NCBI GenBank assembly: GCA_964458085.1
Contig: CAYWFF010000001.1
Location: 890 to 64,889, forward strand
Length of the DNA stretch: 64,000 nt
Reading direction: 5' to 3'
DNA from: an uncultured Gammaproteobacteria bacterium
Lineage (GTDB): Bacteria > Patescibacteriota > Microgenomatia > UBA8517
The notes under the pieces were generated by a model. That model worked only from the letters and a program-made list of their open reading frames with translations. It was not told the origin of the DNA and did not search any database. The position numbers and the translations under genes were made by a program. Positions 31,481 through 41,072 of this stretch are shown one piece after another. The stretch's first letter is position 1, and the number at the start of each line of letters is the position of its first letter.

Positions 31481-32599
31481 TTACTTTGTTTGAAATGAAA
31501 GTGTTAAAGGATCTGTTGGAGCTTTTGACGAATCAAGAGTTCTACCTACCCTAATTACCTGTTCGACAAGCCGGTTTGCATAACCCCATTCATTATCATA
31601 CCAAGCAAAAACTTTCACCATATTTCCCGCAACCACTTGCGTTAAAGAAAGGTCAACTATTGTCGACTCGCTTCTGCCGATAATATCGCTTGATACTAAA
31701 GGTTCCTCAGAAACTGCAAGTATTCCCTTGTATAAGGGGTTTTCCGATGCTTCAGTAAAAGCTTGATTAACCAGTTCAGGAGTCACATTTTGTCTCAAAA
31801 GTAAAGTAAAGTCAGTAATTGACCCCGTTGCCGTTGGGACCCTTAGAGACATTCCGTCAAACAGCCCTTTAAGCTCAGGAATGGTTTCTGTCGTCGCAAT
31901 CGCAGCGCCGGTTGTGGTGGGAATGATATTTTCTGCTGCCGCCCGTGCACGCCGTAAATCCTTGTGGGAATTATCCTGCAAATTCTGATCATCGGTGTAG
32001 CTATGGACCGTGGTCATCATTGCTTTATCGATACCGAATTTAGCATGCATAACGGCAGCAACGGGTGCTACACAATTTGTGGTACAGGAAGCATTCGATA
32101 AAACATCAATTCCGTCTCCGTCACTGTCTCCTTTATATTCATTTACACTTAAAACGAAGGTGCCTACATTTCCTCCCTTTGAAGGTGCAGACAAAACAAC
32201 CCTTTTAGCTCCTCCCAAAGCATGTTTTTTAGCATCTTCTTCTTTGGTAAAGGCACCGGTTGCTTCAATTACCACGTTGGCTTCGTATTTACCCCAAGGT
32301 ATTTTTGCAGGGTCCCTCTGGGCAAGAACCGCTACCTGTTTTCCGTCTGCTTTCAAATACCCTATTAGGGGATCTTCATCGGTCGCTTCTTTTGCATCCT
32401 TCACTTTTTCCCACTTAACATCTTTTTCAAATTTCCGATACATTGTGTCATGGTTAACCAAGTATGCCCATCCATCCACATTCATGGATCCGGATGTATT
32501 TAAAACAGTAATATCTAATTCAGAAGTATGTTTCAGAATCCAAATTCGAAATGCTATCCGTCCTATTCGTCCAAAACCATTTATTCCCACTTTTATCAT
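31481..32599 (-). CDS. gap: Type I glyceraldehyde-3-phosphate dehydrogenase
   Basis: GINGFGRIGR, SNASCTTNC, WYDNEWGY. Confidence 0.97.
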   Translation of the reverse strand: MIKVGINGFGRIGRIAFRIWILKHTSELDITVLNTSGSMNVDGWAYLVNHDTMYRKFEKDVKWEKVKDAKEATDEDPLIGYLKADGKQVAVLAQRDPAKIPWGKYEANVVIEATGAFTKEEDAKKHALGGAKRVVLSAPSKGGNVGTFVLSVNEYKGDSDGDGIDVLSNASCTTNCVAPVAAVMHAKFGIDKAMMTTVHSYTDDQNLQDNSHKDLRRARAAAENIIPTTTGAAIATTETIPELKGLFDGMSLRVPTATGSITDFTLLLRQNVTPELVNQAFTEASENPLYKGILAVSEEPLVSSDIIGRSESTIVDLSLTQVVAGNMVKVFAWYDNEWGYANRLVEQVIRVGRTLDSSKAPTDPLTLSFQTK

Positions 32600-32672
32600 A
32601 CTTTTAGCGTATACAATTTTATGCTTATTGACAATAGCATACGGTGCTTAGCGTATAATCAAAAGAGCCGAA

Positions 32673-33788
32673 ATGGAAAAATCAGCAAAAAAAGTTCTAG
32701 TTCTCACCACCAAGTGGGGACATCTTAGTATTGCACGCGCAGTTTACGATGCTTTAGACAATTCATCCTGTCAAGCGGTGGTGGAACAAATTGCAGTTGA
32801 AAAACTGTCTGATCATTCGTATACCACTGTTTACCGCCTCTTCCCTCATATGTGGAAGGTCCCTTTTCGATTAGCGGAAAAGGAAAGAATCGGTAAGCTG
32901 ACTAAAAAGTATTTAAAACATACTTACCGAAAAAAAGTTGCCGAATTGATTAAGCTTCATGAACCAGACATTGTTATTAATACATATTTCGGATTAAACC
33001 CGGTGCTTGAAATGTATGCCGAGAAAGGATTGCCTGTATTTAACATCGTTGCCAATCCCAGAACGTTCAGTAAACTGGAATTAAGCAATAAACTTGTGAA
33101 TTTGCTGTTTGATAGCAAGGCAATAAAGGATGCCGTAAAACTGGGAATTGCAAAACAAAAGTGTGTTCAGGCTGGATGGTTTGTCCGAAAAGAATTTCAG
33201 GAGTCATATAACAAAATAGAAATTAGAAAATCCTTAAAAATGAACTCTGCCGTATTTACTGTTTGTATAGTTGGCGGAAGCGACGGCATTTACAGCATTC
33301 TGAAAGTTCTCCCTGCATTTATAAAATCTCCCGAACCTGTACAGGTGGTTTTTGTGGCCGGTAATAATACCCAACTTTTAAGGGCAGTCAATGGCTTTAA
33401 AAAACTGGCTGAATCTGAGACAAATCACAAAACAACACTTATTCCTATCGGCTTTACCCATGAGCTTGATTTATATTTAAAAGCATCGGATCTCGTCGTC
33501 GGAAAAGCCGGACCAAACCTTCTTTTTGAAACCGCAGCAACACACACTCCCTTCTTTGCAGTAACCCACATTACAGGCCAAGAAGACGGAAATTTAGAAA
33601 TATTAAAAAAATTAAAACTCGGGATAGTTGAGGAAAACCCGGTTAAAGCTGTTCGATTAATTCGCCACATTCTTAAAAAACCTAGTTACCTTAACCGGTT
33701 CACGAAATCCGTAGATAAAATGTCGTCTTACAATAAGTTAGCTGCAGCAAAACTTGTGAGTTTACTAGAGGAAGAAAGAGACAACTAA
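32673..33788 (+). CDS. GT-B glycosyltransferase (MGDG synthase/UgtP-like)
   Basis: GHLS, GGSDG, SDLVVGKAG, GQEDGN. Confidence 0.85.
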   Translation: MEKSAKKVLVLTTKWGHLSIARAVYDALDNSSCQAVVEQIAVEKLSDHSYTTVYRLFPHMWKVPFRLAEKERIGKLTKKYLKHTYRKKVAELIKLHEPDIVINTYFGLNPVLEMYAEKGLPVFNIVANPRTFSKLELSNKLVNLLFDSKAIKDAVKLGIAKQKCVQAGWFVRKEFQESYNKIEIRKSLKMNSAVFTVCIVGGSDGIYSILKVLPAFIKSPEPVQVVFVAGNNTQLLRAVNGFKKLAESETNHKTTLIPIGFTHELDLYLKASDLVVGKAGPNLLFETAATHTPFFAVTHITGQEDGNLEILKKLKLGIVEENPVKAVRLIRHILKKPSYLNRFTKSVDKMSSYNKLAAAKLVSLLEEERDN

Positions 33789-33793
33789 TCTTT

Positions 33794-34810
33794 CTAATTG
33801 TTGTTTACTAAAGCTTCAATTCCCGGAAGTGCTTTGTGAGCCAGAAATTCAAGCATTGCACCTCCACCGACTGAAATCCAATCAAATTTTTCAGTCAACC
33901 TTAAAAGTTTTAACGCAGCTTCAGTGTCTCCACCTCCTGCCACTTTAAATGCTGATGAGCCAGCGACAGCCTTAAATACTCGTTCAGTTCCCTGCCTGTG
34001 ACCTTCTTCTTCAAACCTACCAATTGGTCCACCAACCACAATTGTCTGGGCGTTTTTAATAACTTCTTCAAATTTTTCAACTGAATGGAGCGTAATGTCT
34101 TCTTTGTCAGGCAGAAGTTTTGCAATCAACACTTTGTCATCATTTTCGTACAGCCCCTGAAATTCAATAATTTCAGGTAGTCTCCCAGCTACCAATATAG
34201 TGTCACTAAAGTTTTTAAAAGGCTCAATATATGCTAATTTATCTTCTTTTAGCCCACTAAGTATGATTATTACAGGACGCTTTGGATTATCAAATACTTT
34301 GCTCAAGTTTTCCACTTCTTGCACCATACGCGGACCAGCAGCATGAGGCAAAAGTTTAGGCAAACCGACTATAGACGCATGCTTCCGGTGAGAAATGCCA
34401 AATGCTTCGTTAACGTATAAATCTCCAAGTGAAGCCAGCTTTTGAGTAAACTGTTCATCGTTTAACACCTCCCCCGCCTCAAACCTCAAGTTTTCCAATA
34501 AGCAAATTCTTGCATCGGGCAGTGTTTCGGGAGTGACTTCAGTGACAAAAGATACTTGTTCTCCAACAAGATTAGTTAACATTGTTGCAACCGGTTCCAT
34601 ACTAAATTCCATATCTCTACCCTCAGGTCTTCCGCGGGTACCCAGAATAATAATTCTGTCTGGGTTTTTTGCCAGTATTGTTCGGACGGTATCGGCAAGC
34701 ACCTGGAGTCGTAAACTGTTTTCTGACTCAACGTCAGTATCTCCCCGAAGAAGTACTGGTTTGCCACTTAAATCAAGTGTTTCAATTCCTGGCAGATTCA
34801 TATTCGGCAA
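33794..34810 (-). CDS. pgk: Phosphoglycerate kinase (compact)
   Basis: LLENLRF, NEAFGISHR, GGGDT, ISVGGGAMLEFL. Confidence 0.93.
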   Translation of the reverse strand: MPNMNLPGIETLDLSGKPVLLRGDTDVESENSLRLQVLADTVRTILAKNPDRIIILGTRGRPEGRDMEFSMEPVATMLTNLVGEQVSFVTEVTPETLPDARICLLENLRFEAGEVLNDEQFTQKLASLGDLYVNEAFGISHRKHASIVGLPKLLPHAAGPRMVQEVENLSKVFDNPKRPVIIILSGLKEDKLAYIEPFKNFSDTILVAGRLPEIIEFQGLYENDDKVLIAKLLPDKEDITLHSVEKFEEVIKNAQTIVVGGPIGRFEEEGHRQGTERVFKAVAGSSAFKVAGGGDTEAALKLLRLTEKFDWISVGGGAMLEFLAHKALPGIEALVNNN

Positions 34811-35234
34811 CTTTTTCTAATCTTTGTATGTATTTATCTTCATTTGAAAATTTGGTAGTTAGAAATGTGTCCACGATCGCGTGCGCAACCTCCAAATTAA
34901 CATAATCAGCACCGAGCGCAAGTATATTTGCATTATTGTGTTCCCGAGCTTTTTTCGCCATTTCAACTGAAGTTGCAACCGCAGCCCTAATTCCTTTCAC
35001 TTTATTGGCAGCTATTGCTTCACCGTTTCCGGAACGACCTAAAACAATTCCAAGAGCCTTTTTATCTTTTGCTATCTTTTCGGCTAAAGGAATAACAAAG
35101 TCGGAATAGTCATCGTCTTTTACAAATTCTAAATTCCCCAGATCGCTGACGTCATACTTTTTCCCTTCCAAATATTTTTGTATGTTCTCTTTGAGAAACC
35201 ATCCCCCATGATCTGATGCCAGGTAAATTTTCAT
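34782..35234 (-). CDS. rpiB: Ribose-5-phosphate isomerase B
   Basis: ASDHGG, GRSGNGE (Glu-type), ANKVKGIRA, HNNAN. Confidence 0.93.
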   Translation of the reverse strand: MKIYLASDHGGWFLKENIQKYLEGKKYDVSDLGNLEFVKDDDYSDFVIPLAEKIAKDKKALGIVLGRSGNGEAIAANKVKGIRAAVATSVEMAKKAREHNNANILALGADYVNLEVAHAIVDTFLTTKFSNEDKYIQRLEKVAEYESARN

Positions 35235-35314
35235 AAAATTAAAACGTCTCTAAAAAATCCGATAAACGTAGTCCATAATGTCATTAGTCGCCAGCTCCGA
35301 TTGCCTTAAATTAT

Positions 35315-35974
35315 TTATTTTTTAAATCCATTTATCAGTTCTCGAAGTTCTTTCTCGGGATCACCTGCTTTAACGATGCCCGTTGCTATTGCTATACCCT
35401 GAGCTCCAAGCTTTAAGCTGGTTGCAACATCCTCCACAGTGTGCACCCCAGCTCCCACTATAAGCGGAATATTGACCGCTTGTGCAATTGTTGCTGCTTT
35501 GACAATAACATCCGGCCTTGCGGTAGCAACGGAACGTGTAGTACTGCCCACCAATTCAGGTGGCTCATACGCAAGGTAGGTAGGTTTAAAACGAACAACT
35601 ACATCAAGTTCATCAGTATCAGCAGCAAATATAAGTGTTTCCAGCCCCACCTGTTTTGCTCTGGTTACTGCTTTAGATAAATCTTCAAACTGGAAGAATT
35701 TTTTCTCTGAGTGGTTTAAGAAAGTCCCCGAAGCACCATCCTCTTTTACTGCTTCTGCAATTACTGAACCGGTGTGTGCTCCGAATTCTACAGGGTCAAT
35801 ATGCTGTGCCCAAACTGTTTCTGACACGCTGCTGACTTCTTTGATGTCTCCTGACTGAACAACCGGAATTATGGGAATGCCGGTTTCTTCCGACACTTTG
35901 ACAAGAACTTGTGAAAGTTTAACTGCATCTTGTCCTGTCCCTTCGGGATAAGCTTTGAAATTAACAAATATCAT
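35315..35974 (-). CDS. tpiA: Triosephosphate isomerase, archaeal-type
   Basis: NFKAY, LNHSE, YEPPELVG, GAGV; 219 aa. Confidence 0.93.
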   Translation of the reverse strand: MIFVNFKAYPEGTGQDAVKLSQVLVKVSEETGIPIIPVVQSGDIKEVSSVSETVWAQHIDPVEFGAHTGSVIAEAVKEDGASGTFLNHSEKKFFQFEDLSKAVTRAKQVGLETLIFAADTDELDVVVRFKPTYLAYEPPELVGSTTRSVATARPDVIVKAATIAQAVNIPLIVGAGVHTVEDVATSLKLGAQGIAIATGIVKAGDPEKELRELINGFKK

Positions 35975-36225
35975 GGAGCCAATTTAAAAACGGTTTGCAA
36001 CTTACCCTTATCAAAACCTACTATTGTCTCTTTAGAACCGTCTTCTCTCTCGACGACAGTAAAAGGAACCCCCATAAATCCATGGGAGTCTGCCATCATC
36101 ACCTTTTGCGCATCCGGATCCTGATCGACTAATTTTTCTGTAAAAGGAATATTTTTACCGGTTAAATAGTCCATCATTAATTTACAGTAAGGACAGGTTG
36201 TTGTTGCAAAAACAGTAACTATCAT
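35971..36225 (-). CDS. Glutaredoxin/NrdH-like redoxin
   Basis: CPYC, GVP, IVGFD. Confidence 0.9.
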   Translation of the reverse strand: MIVTVFATTTCPYCKLMMDYLTGKNIPFTEKLVDQDPDAQKVMMADSHGFMGVPFTVVEREDGSKETIVGFDKGKLQTVFKLAP

Positions 36226-36237
36226 ATAGTTATTAAG

Positions 36238-36972
36238 TCATTGTATAGCGTAACCAAGGCGAAATGCAATTTCAAACATAAAAGCATTGACATATTTATA
36301 GGTATCAGTCAAAAGCAAAATACCCATTCCGATAAGTAATAACCCTGTTAAATTCTGTAAAATATGCAGCATTCTTTGTGACCTTATTTTTTTTGTAATA
36401 TGTATTACTCCCAAACTTGTAAGAATAAACGGAACAGACATTCCGAGTGCATAAAAAAACAACAATAAAGCACCGTTTAATACTGTCGCTTGTACTGCTG
36501 CAAGCGTAAATATAGCACCCAGGACCACCCCCACACAAGGCGACCAGGTAACAGCAAACAAAACTCCAAATAAAAATGCATGCCCGCGAAGTTTAGTTTT
36601 TAAGGGGTGGGGAATTAAGTTCCACTCTCCGGTAAGCCACGGAATTTTAATTATTCCTAACTGCTGAATTCCTAAAATCACAATAAATAATCCGCCCGCT
36701 TGTTGTAATGAACCCTGATACAAACGCAGTACGCTCCCCCAACTTGCAGCTGTTGCTCCCAAAATCACAAATACAGTAGTAAATCCGATAACAAAATTTG
36801 CTGTCAACCAAACAACTCTCAAATTAATTTTGCTTTTATTTACAGCCTTACTGGGTATAGCGTCTCCTGTGATAAAACTAATATATAAAGGTAGCAGCGG
36901 CACGACGCACGGAGCTAAAAATGATGTGATCCCTGCCACAAATGCAACCGGAAGAGAAATGTCAAACATCAT
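36238..36972 (-). CDS. ccdA: CcdA/DsbD-type membrane disulfide reductase
   Basis: SFLAPCVVPL and WSPCVG; about 6 TM. Confidence 0.9.
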   Translation of the reverse strand: MMFDISLPVAFVAGITSFLAPCVVPLLPLYISFITGDAIPSKAVNKSKINLRVVWLTANFVIGFTTVFVILGATAASWGSVLRLYQGSLQQAGGLFIVILGIQQLGIIKIPWLTGEWNLIPHPLKTKLRGHAFLFGVLFAVTWSPCVGVVLGAIFTLAAVQATVLNGALLLFFYALGMSVPFILTSLGVIHITKKIRSQRMLHILQNLTGLLLIGMGILLLTDTYKYVNAFMFEIAFRLGYAIQ

Positions 36973-37004
36973 TTAAGTATACCCGAAGTTGTAATTTTAA
37001 AATA

Positions 37005-37559
37005 TCAGAATGAGCCTTGCAGCAAGATGTTTTGCGGTTTATTGTCCGGTGTTTTATCCCGGGACACTATTACCTGAGTAAAACCTGAAAGGTCGAGCGT
37101 GTTTTGATAGTCTACAATATACCCTCCCTTGGCAATCTGAAGAGTTCCCATATAGACAACTTCATACTCGTCCTGGTCTTCTGTTCCTCTTGTTAACCAA
37201 GCATGATATGGCTTCCCGTCTGCCGGGTCAGGCAAATCGGCAAGCACCGTACTATCAAAACGATTATTTTCATATTTTTTAGTAGCAATAGCAGAACCGT
37301 TTCCCCCTGACACATCTTTTAGTTCAGCTTTATCCACATTTTCAGGAAGAGTTACCCTGAATCTTTCCTGAATATTTTGTTCTATTCCCTGAACGAAAGG
37401 AGAGGGGCTCGGAGTCAGAGAATTTGATACCTGAATTTTGTTGTTATTTACCCGTTGCCAAAGATACCACCCTGCAGCACCCGCAACTACCAAAAGCACA
37501 ACTACTATGAGTATCCTTCTCACTAGGCAGAGAATATCATGCTCACAACATGGTGTCAA
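37005..37559 (-). CDS. Membrane-anchored hypothetical protein
   Basis: N-terminal TM; ADLPDP...YHAWL...ILLQGSF. Confidence 0.7.
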   Translation of the reverse strand: MTPCCEHDILCLVRRILIVVVLLVVAGAAGWYLWQRVNNNKIQVSNSLTPSPSPFVQGIEQNIQERFRVTLPENVDKAELKDVSGGNGSAIATKKYENNRFDSTVLADLPDPADGKPYHAWLTRGTEDQDEYEVVYMGTLQIAKGGYIVDYQNTLDLSGFTQVIVSRDKTPDNKPQNILLQGSF

Positions 37560-37624
37560 TTCTGCTCAACCAAAAAAACACATACTGTATATTCCGCATA
37601 TTTACCGATTTTTTACCGCAAGCC

Positions 37625-37813
37625 TCAGCGAAGTTTCATATAAACACCAAAAAGTGCTAATACAGAAGCTACCAAAAGCCATTGTGTTGAGGCTAGCCAA
37701 ATATCGGTTCCCATATATCCGATTCCTGACAATACGACTGCAACAGCCGCACCTCCCATTAAAATTTGAGAAAAATTAGACATATCACCACCTGTTTCCT
37801 TCTTTTTTGCCAT
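37625..37813 (-). CDS. Small two-TM membrane protein
   Basis: 62 aa; GGAGGTG Shine-Dalgarno upstream. Confidence 0.7.
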   Translation of the reverse strand: MAKKKETGGDMSNFSQILMGGAAVAVVLSGIGYMGTDIWLASTQWLLVASVLALFGVYMKLR

Positions 37814-37842
37814 TTATATCACCTCCTTTACAAATACCCTTA

Positions 37843-38169
37843 TTAAGACTCGCTAGAGTGTTCCCACTTTTCTGCGTTTTCTAAAATATCACCTTTTTTA
37901 AAGAGTATTGCAGAAAGTACCTCTTCCCACTTTGGAAGTTTTCGTATTACCCATGCCAGGTCTATTGCAAAATGTTCCATTTCTTCTTCCTGTGCGTGGC
38001 GCATAATTTCTGCAACCTCCTTGTCTTTTGTTGCAGCAATCCGCTGTTCATACCATGAAATCGCTTCTGCTTCTTCTGTTAGGGAAGTTATAATCCGTGC
38101 AAAATCCCTGGTTTTGTCGTCCATTTCTTCCGCCGGTTCATGATACTGGTTAAATCCCATACTGCTCAC
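37843..38169 (-). CDS. Ferritin-like protein (encapsulin-cargo Flp type)
   Basis: YHEP, SLTEEAEAISWYEQR, EEMEH. Confidence 0.85.
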   Translation of the reverse strand: MSSMGFNQYHEPAEEMDDKTRDFARIITSLTEEAEAISWYEQRIAATKDKEVAEIMRHAQEEEMEHFAIDLAWVIRKLPKWEEVLSAILFKKGDILENAEKWEHSSES

Positions 38170-38172
38170 CTC

Positions 38173-38700
38173 CTAGCTTAAGACATAAGTTTGTAAGAAA
38201 TATCCTAAAGAATATGATACAAACGACGCAAATCCGCCGACAAATAAAGTTTCAAAACCGCTATGGATTTTATTTTTTCCCGTGTAGTTTGCCCTAAGCA
38301 CTCCAACATAGAAAAGGGAGATCATAACGAAAATAAATGAGTACATGAATGTAGACGGAAAGTTAAAAATATATGGTACTAATGGTATAAGTCCTGCCGT
38401 ATTAAATGCCGCAAACATAATCGCACCATGTTTAAAAGGAGCGTTAGTCGGCTCATCCCCATCACCCGACTTTTCCTCATATTCCAATTCGCTTTTTACC
38501 CCCAAATAACTTCCTGAGGCCATTGAAATACTGTCTGCCAAAACATTTGCAAATCCTAAAATCAGAACAGTCGTATAAGGCAAGTGAGCACCTGCTGCTC
38601 CGGCAATAATTGCAAACGTTGTTACCAACCCGTCACTTGCAGCAAAAACAGCATCACCCAAAAGGGATGCGCGCTCATGGAGTTTTGAAAGTCTGGGCAT
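38173..38700 (-). CDS. VIT1/CCC1 iron/manganese transporter family
   Basis: SDGLVTTFA, ADSISMASGSYL, GLIPL. Confidence 0.9.
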   Translation of the reverse strand: MPRLSKLHERASLLGDAVFAASDGLVTTFAIIAGAAGAHLPYTTVLILGFANVLADSISMASGSYLGVKSELEYEEKSGDGDEPTNAPFKHGAIMFAAFNTAGLIPLVPYIFNFPSTFMYSFIFVMISLFYVGVLRANYTGKNKIHSGFETLFVGGFASFVSYSLGYFLQTYVLS

Positions 38701-38765
38701 TCATTCATCTTAGCTTTCAAATGTTCTACTTGTAAATAGCCTAAGGATTGTAATATGATGACTCA

Positions 38766-38854
38766 GGTTGTGTTCAAGGAATACGGTCAAATCCGTAGCT
38801 GTACCGCAACTGTAACCTTTCGATTTTCGAAGGGAAGCCAGAAAACTAACAACC
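38766..38854 (+). ncRNA. Cobalamin riboswitch 1
   Basis: AAGGAA-tacGGTCAAATCCgta-GCTGTACCGCAACTGTAA...AAGCCAG core, closed by GGTTGT/ACAACC; upstream of B12-uptake genes. Confidence 0.88.
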
Positions 38855-38899
38855 GCTGCCAAATTTATATTGCTTTTGGCGTATCCCGAGTAGGAAAAT

Positions 38900-39340
38900 A
38901 TGAAAAAGATAATAATTATCCTTCTAGCACTCTCCTCTTTAGTTGTTGCTTTATTTGTATGGCAAAATCTCACCATAAAAAACTCCCCAGTCGGAACTAA
39001 TTCCCAAGTATCAAATATGCCCGATACTAATACTCTATCGGCTAGCGTCTTAATTGATTACGGAGACACCCAAAGCCCAGAGTACCCCCTTAACTTGGCT
39101 GAAACCACAAATGCTTTTGATGCGCTCCTGTTTGCGGCAGAAAAAGAAGGTAAAGAAATAAAAAGTACACAATATGATTTTGGGGTCTTTATTGAAACAG
39201 TCGGCAGTATGGAAAGCTCAGCCGAAAAAGCCTGGATTTATTTTGTGAATGGCAACTCCGGTCAAGTTGCAGCTGATCAATATGAATTAAATGAAGGCGA
39301 CAAGATAGAGTGGAAATTCATAGCACCCACGGACAATTAA
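38900..39340 (+). CDS. DUF4430 / transcobalamin-C-terminal-like B12-binding protein
   Basis: N-terminal TM; YDFGVFIET...WIYFVNG...ADQYELNEGDKIEW. Confidence 0.85.
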   Translation: MKKIIIILLALSSLVVALFVWQNLTIKNSPVGTNSQVSNMPDTNTLSASVLIDYGDTQSPEYPLNLAETTNAFDALLFAAEKEGKEIKSTQYDFGVFIETVGSMESSAEKAWIYFVNGNSGQVAADQYELNEGDKIEWKFIAPTDN

Positions 39341-39347
39341 CTTAAAA

Positions 39348-39974
39348 ATGAAAAGATCCCAAACTTACACACCCTTTGCGAAACGCCTTGTAATTGGTCT
39401 TTTTGTTATTGCTTTTTTAGAACGAGTAATATTTGATCTGGGTGCGAATGTTGAACTTGTTACGGCTGCTTTCATACTTGGTAGTGCTTACTTGGGAAGA
39501 AATCAGGTTTTATGGTTAGTTTTGGTTCTTATGGTTTCCACAGACCTTTTACTGGGAAACACAAATATATTTCTTTTTACCTGGAGCGGTTTTCTCGTTC
39601 CGGCATTTTTTGCTGGAGGCTTAACTAAAAAACTTATGAGGTTTATCAAACACTCCAAAGTCCGCTTTCCCAATAAATTACTGAAGGGTATAGCACTCAC
39701 TTCCCTAGGATTAACTTCCAATCTCTTTTTCTTCTTTTGGACTAATTTTGGAGTATGGCTTTTGGACTCTTACGGCATGTATGCAAATGATTTCGAAGGG
39801 CTTATGCTTTGTCTTATAAACGGCCTGCCCTTCTTGCGCTCACAAATACTAAGTACTCTTATCTTTATTCCCGTTTTCGCTATAGCAGTAGAAATCTCCA
39901 CTCTTCCTGTCTTCAAACTATTGACCAATAAATTGCTGTTTTCCAATAATTTCAAAGTTCTGGTCAAAAATTAG
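39348..39974 (+). CDS. BtuM-like (DUF6580) cobalamin transporter
   Basis: Multi-TM; SNLFFFFWTNFGVW...Y...GLMLCLINGLPF; riboswitch context. Confidence 0.75.
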   Translation: MKRSQTYTPFAKRLVIGLFVIAFLERVIFDLGANVELVTAAFILGSAYLGRNQVLWLVLVLMVSTDLLLGNTNIFLFTWSGFLVPAFFAGGLTKKLMRFIKHSKVRFPNKLLKGIALTSLGLTSNLFFFFWTNFGVWLLDSYGMYANDFEGLMLCLINGLPFLRSQILSTLIFIPVFAIAVEISTLPVFKLLTNKLLFSNNFKVLVKN

Positions 39975-40072
39975 AGAGATTGTGTTTAAGGAACTACGGT
40001 GTAAATCCGTGACTGTGCCGCAACTGTAACCCTTCGATTTTCGAAGGGAAGTCAGAAAACTAACAATTCTCT
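39974..40072 (+). ncRNA. Cobalamin riboswitch 2
   Basis: AAGGAA-ctacGGTGTAAATCCgt-GACTGTGCCGCAACTGTAA...AAGTCAG; diverged copy of riboswitch 1. Confidence 0.85.
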
Positions 40073-40103
40073 TCGTATATAAGCAACCATCCCGAGCAGG
40101 AAC

Positions 40104-40928
40104 ATGACGTACAGCGAACACAAAGAACTCCCTCATATTACTACCTGCCGTTTTTTGGAAACTTGGCAAGGCATAAATCCCAACCGTTTAATCGCCGAAC
40201 TAATATCAGTAAACAATGAAACACATAGGAATCCTGACCCTTATCATTTCAGTTTGAGACAGGGAAAATTGATAGATCCCGAAACTGGAAAACCTATAAC
40301 TGATTTTATTTCTGATGGGGTTGAGTTAGAGGTAGTTTTAAAATTACAGGATTGGGCTAACAAAAAAGATGCAGGCCTCGCCTATTGGGTAAGCCCGAGA
40401 CTTGTGGATGTATATCCAAGTGAAAAGTTAATCATTCACAGAATCGCATATACTCTGACCGGCGAAAAAATTGTTTTGAATAGTGCAATTCTTTTTGAAG
40501 CAGAACTTGATAACCCCGAAACTCTTAGGGATACACTTTTTGAATCAGATGATACAGAAGAAAATATTCTTAAGTTATTGGCTTGGGTTCAGGAAGTGTC
40601 AGGAGAAGCAGTGAATTTAACTTCTCACAAAACACATAAAGACCAGGCTCAGTACTTTGCCAAACAAATCATAAATGGGGTGGATCATTCCCAGATTATT
40701 CAAGAAATGCTTCAAACAGGATTTTTAGGTGAATTCTCAATCAGTTGTAAGACGGTAAATAACCCAGCCAGTTTTTCAAATTATATTCTCTCCCGAGCTG
40801 CAATAAATTCTATCGAGACTAGTGAAGGAAAGTATGTAGAAAAATGTGGCAATTGCGGAAAAGAAATTAAAGCAGTTATCAGAAAAGGCTATAAATGCAG
40901 CTGCGGAGGTGTATATGAGGGCTGCTAA
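40104..40928 (+). CDS. Hypothetical protein with C-terminal Zn ribbon
   Basis: CGNCG...CSCGGVYEGC. Confidence 0.7.
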   Translation: MTYSEHKELPHITTCRFLETWQGINPNRLIAELISVNNETHRNPDPYHFSLRQGKLIDPETGKPITDFISDGVELEVVLKLQDWANKKDAGLAYWVSPRLVDVYPSEKLIIHRIAYTLTGEKIVLNSAILFEAELDNPETLRDTLFESDDTEENILKLLAWVQEVSGEAVNLTSHKTHKDQAQYFAKQIINGVDHSQIIQEMLQTGFLGEFSISCKTVNNPASFSNYILSRAAINSIETSEGKYVEKCGNCGKEIKAVIRKGYKCSCGGVYEGC

Positions 40929-41072
40929 TCAATCTGGATTACACCAACCCGCCCTGGTATAATACCTTTGCAAATTCAATTTGCACGCACATTAAATTTA
41001 AGCATTAAGCATAAAAGTTGTAAGCAATAAATTCTAAAATCTGACAGCAATTTGCTAATTGCTTTTTAACAA

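Noticed and set aside
760-36538. Numerous antisense or nested ORFs (e.g. 32010-32651, 28350-28871, 21025-21450)
   Set aside because: They are shadows of well-conserved genes and carry no motifs of their own.
38710-40169. Similar short minus-strand ORFs 38710-38976 and 39918-40169
   Set aside because: The similarity comes from translating the two riboswitch copies in antisense.
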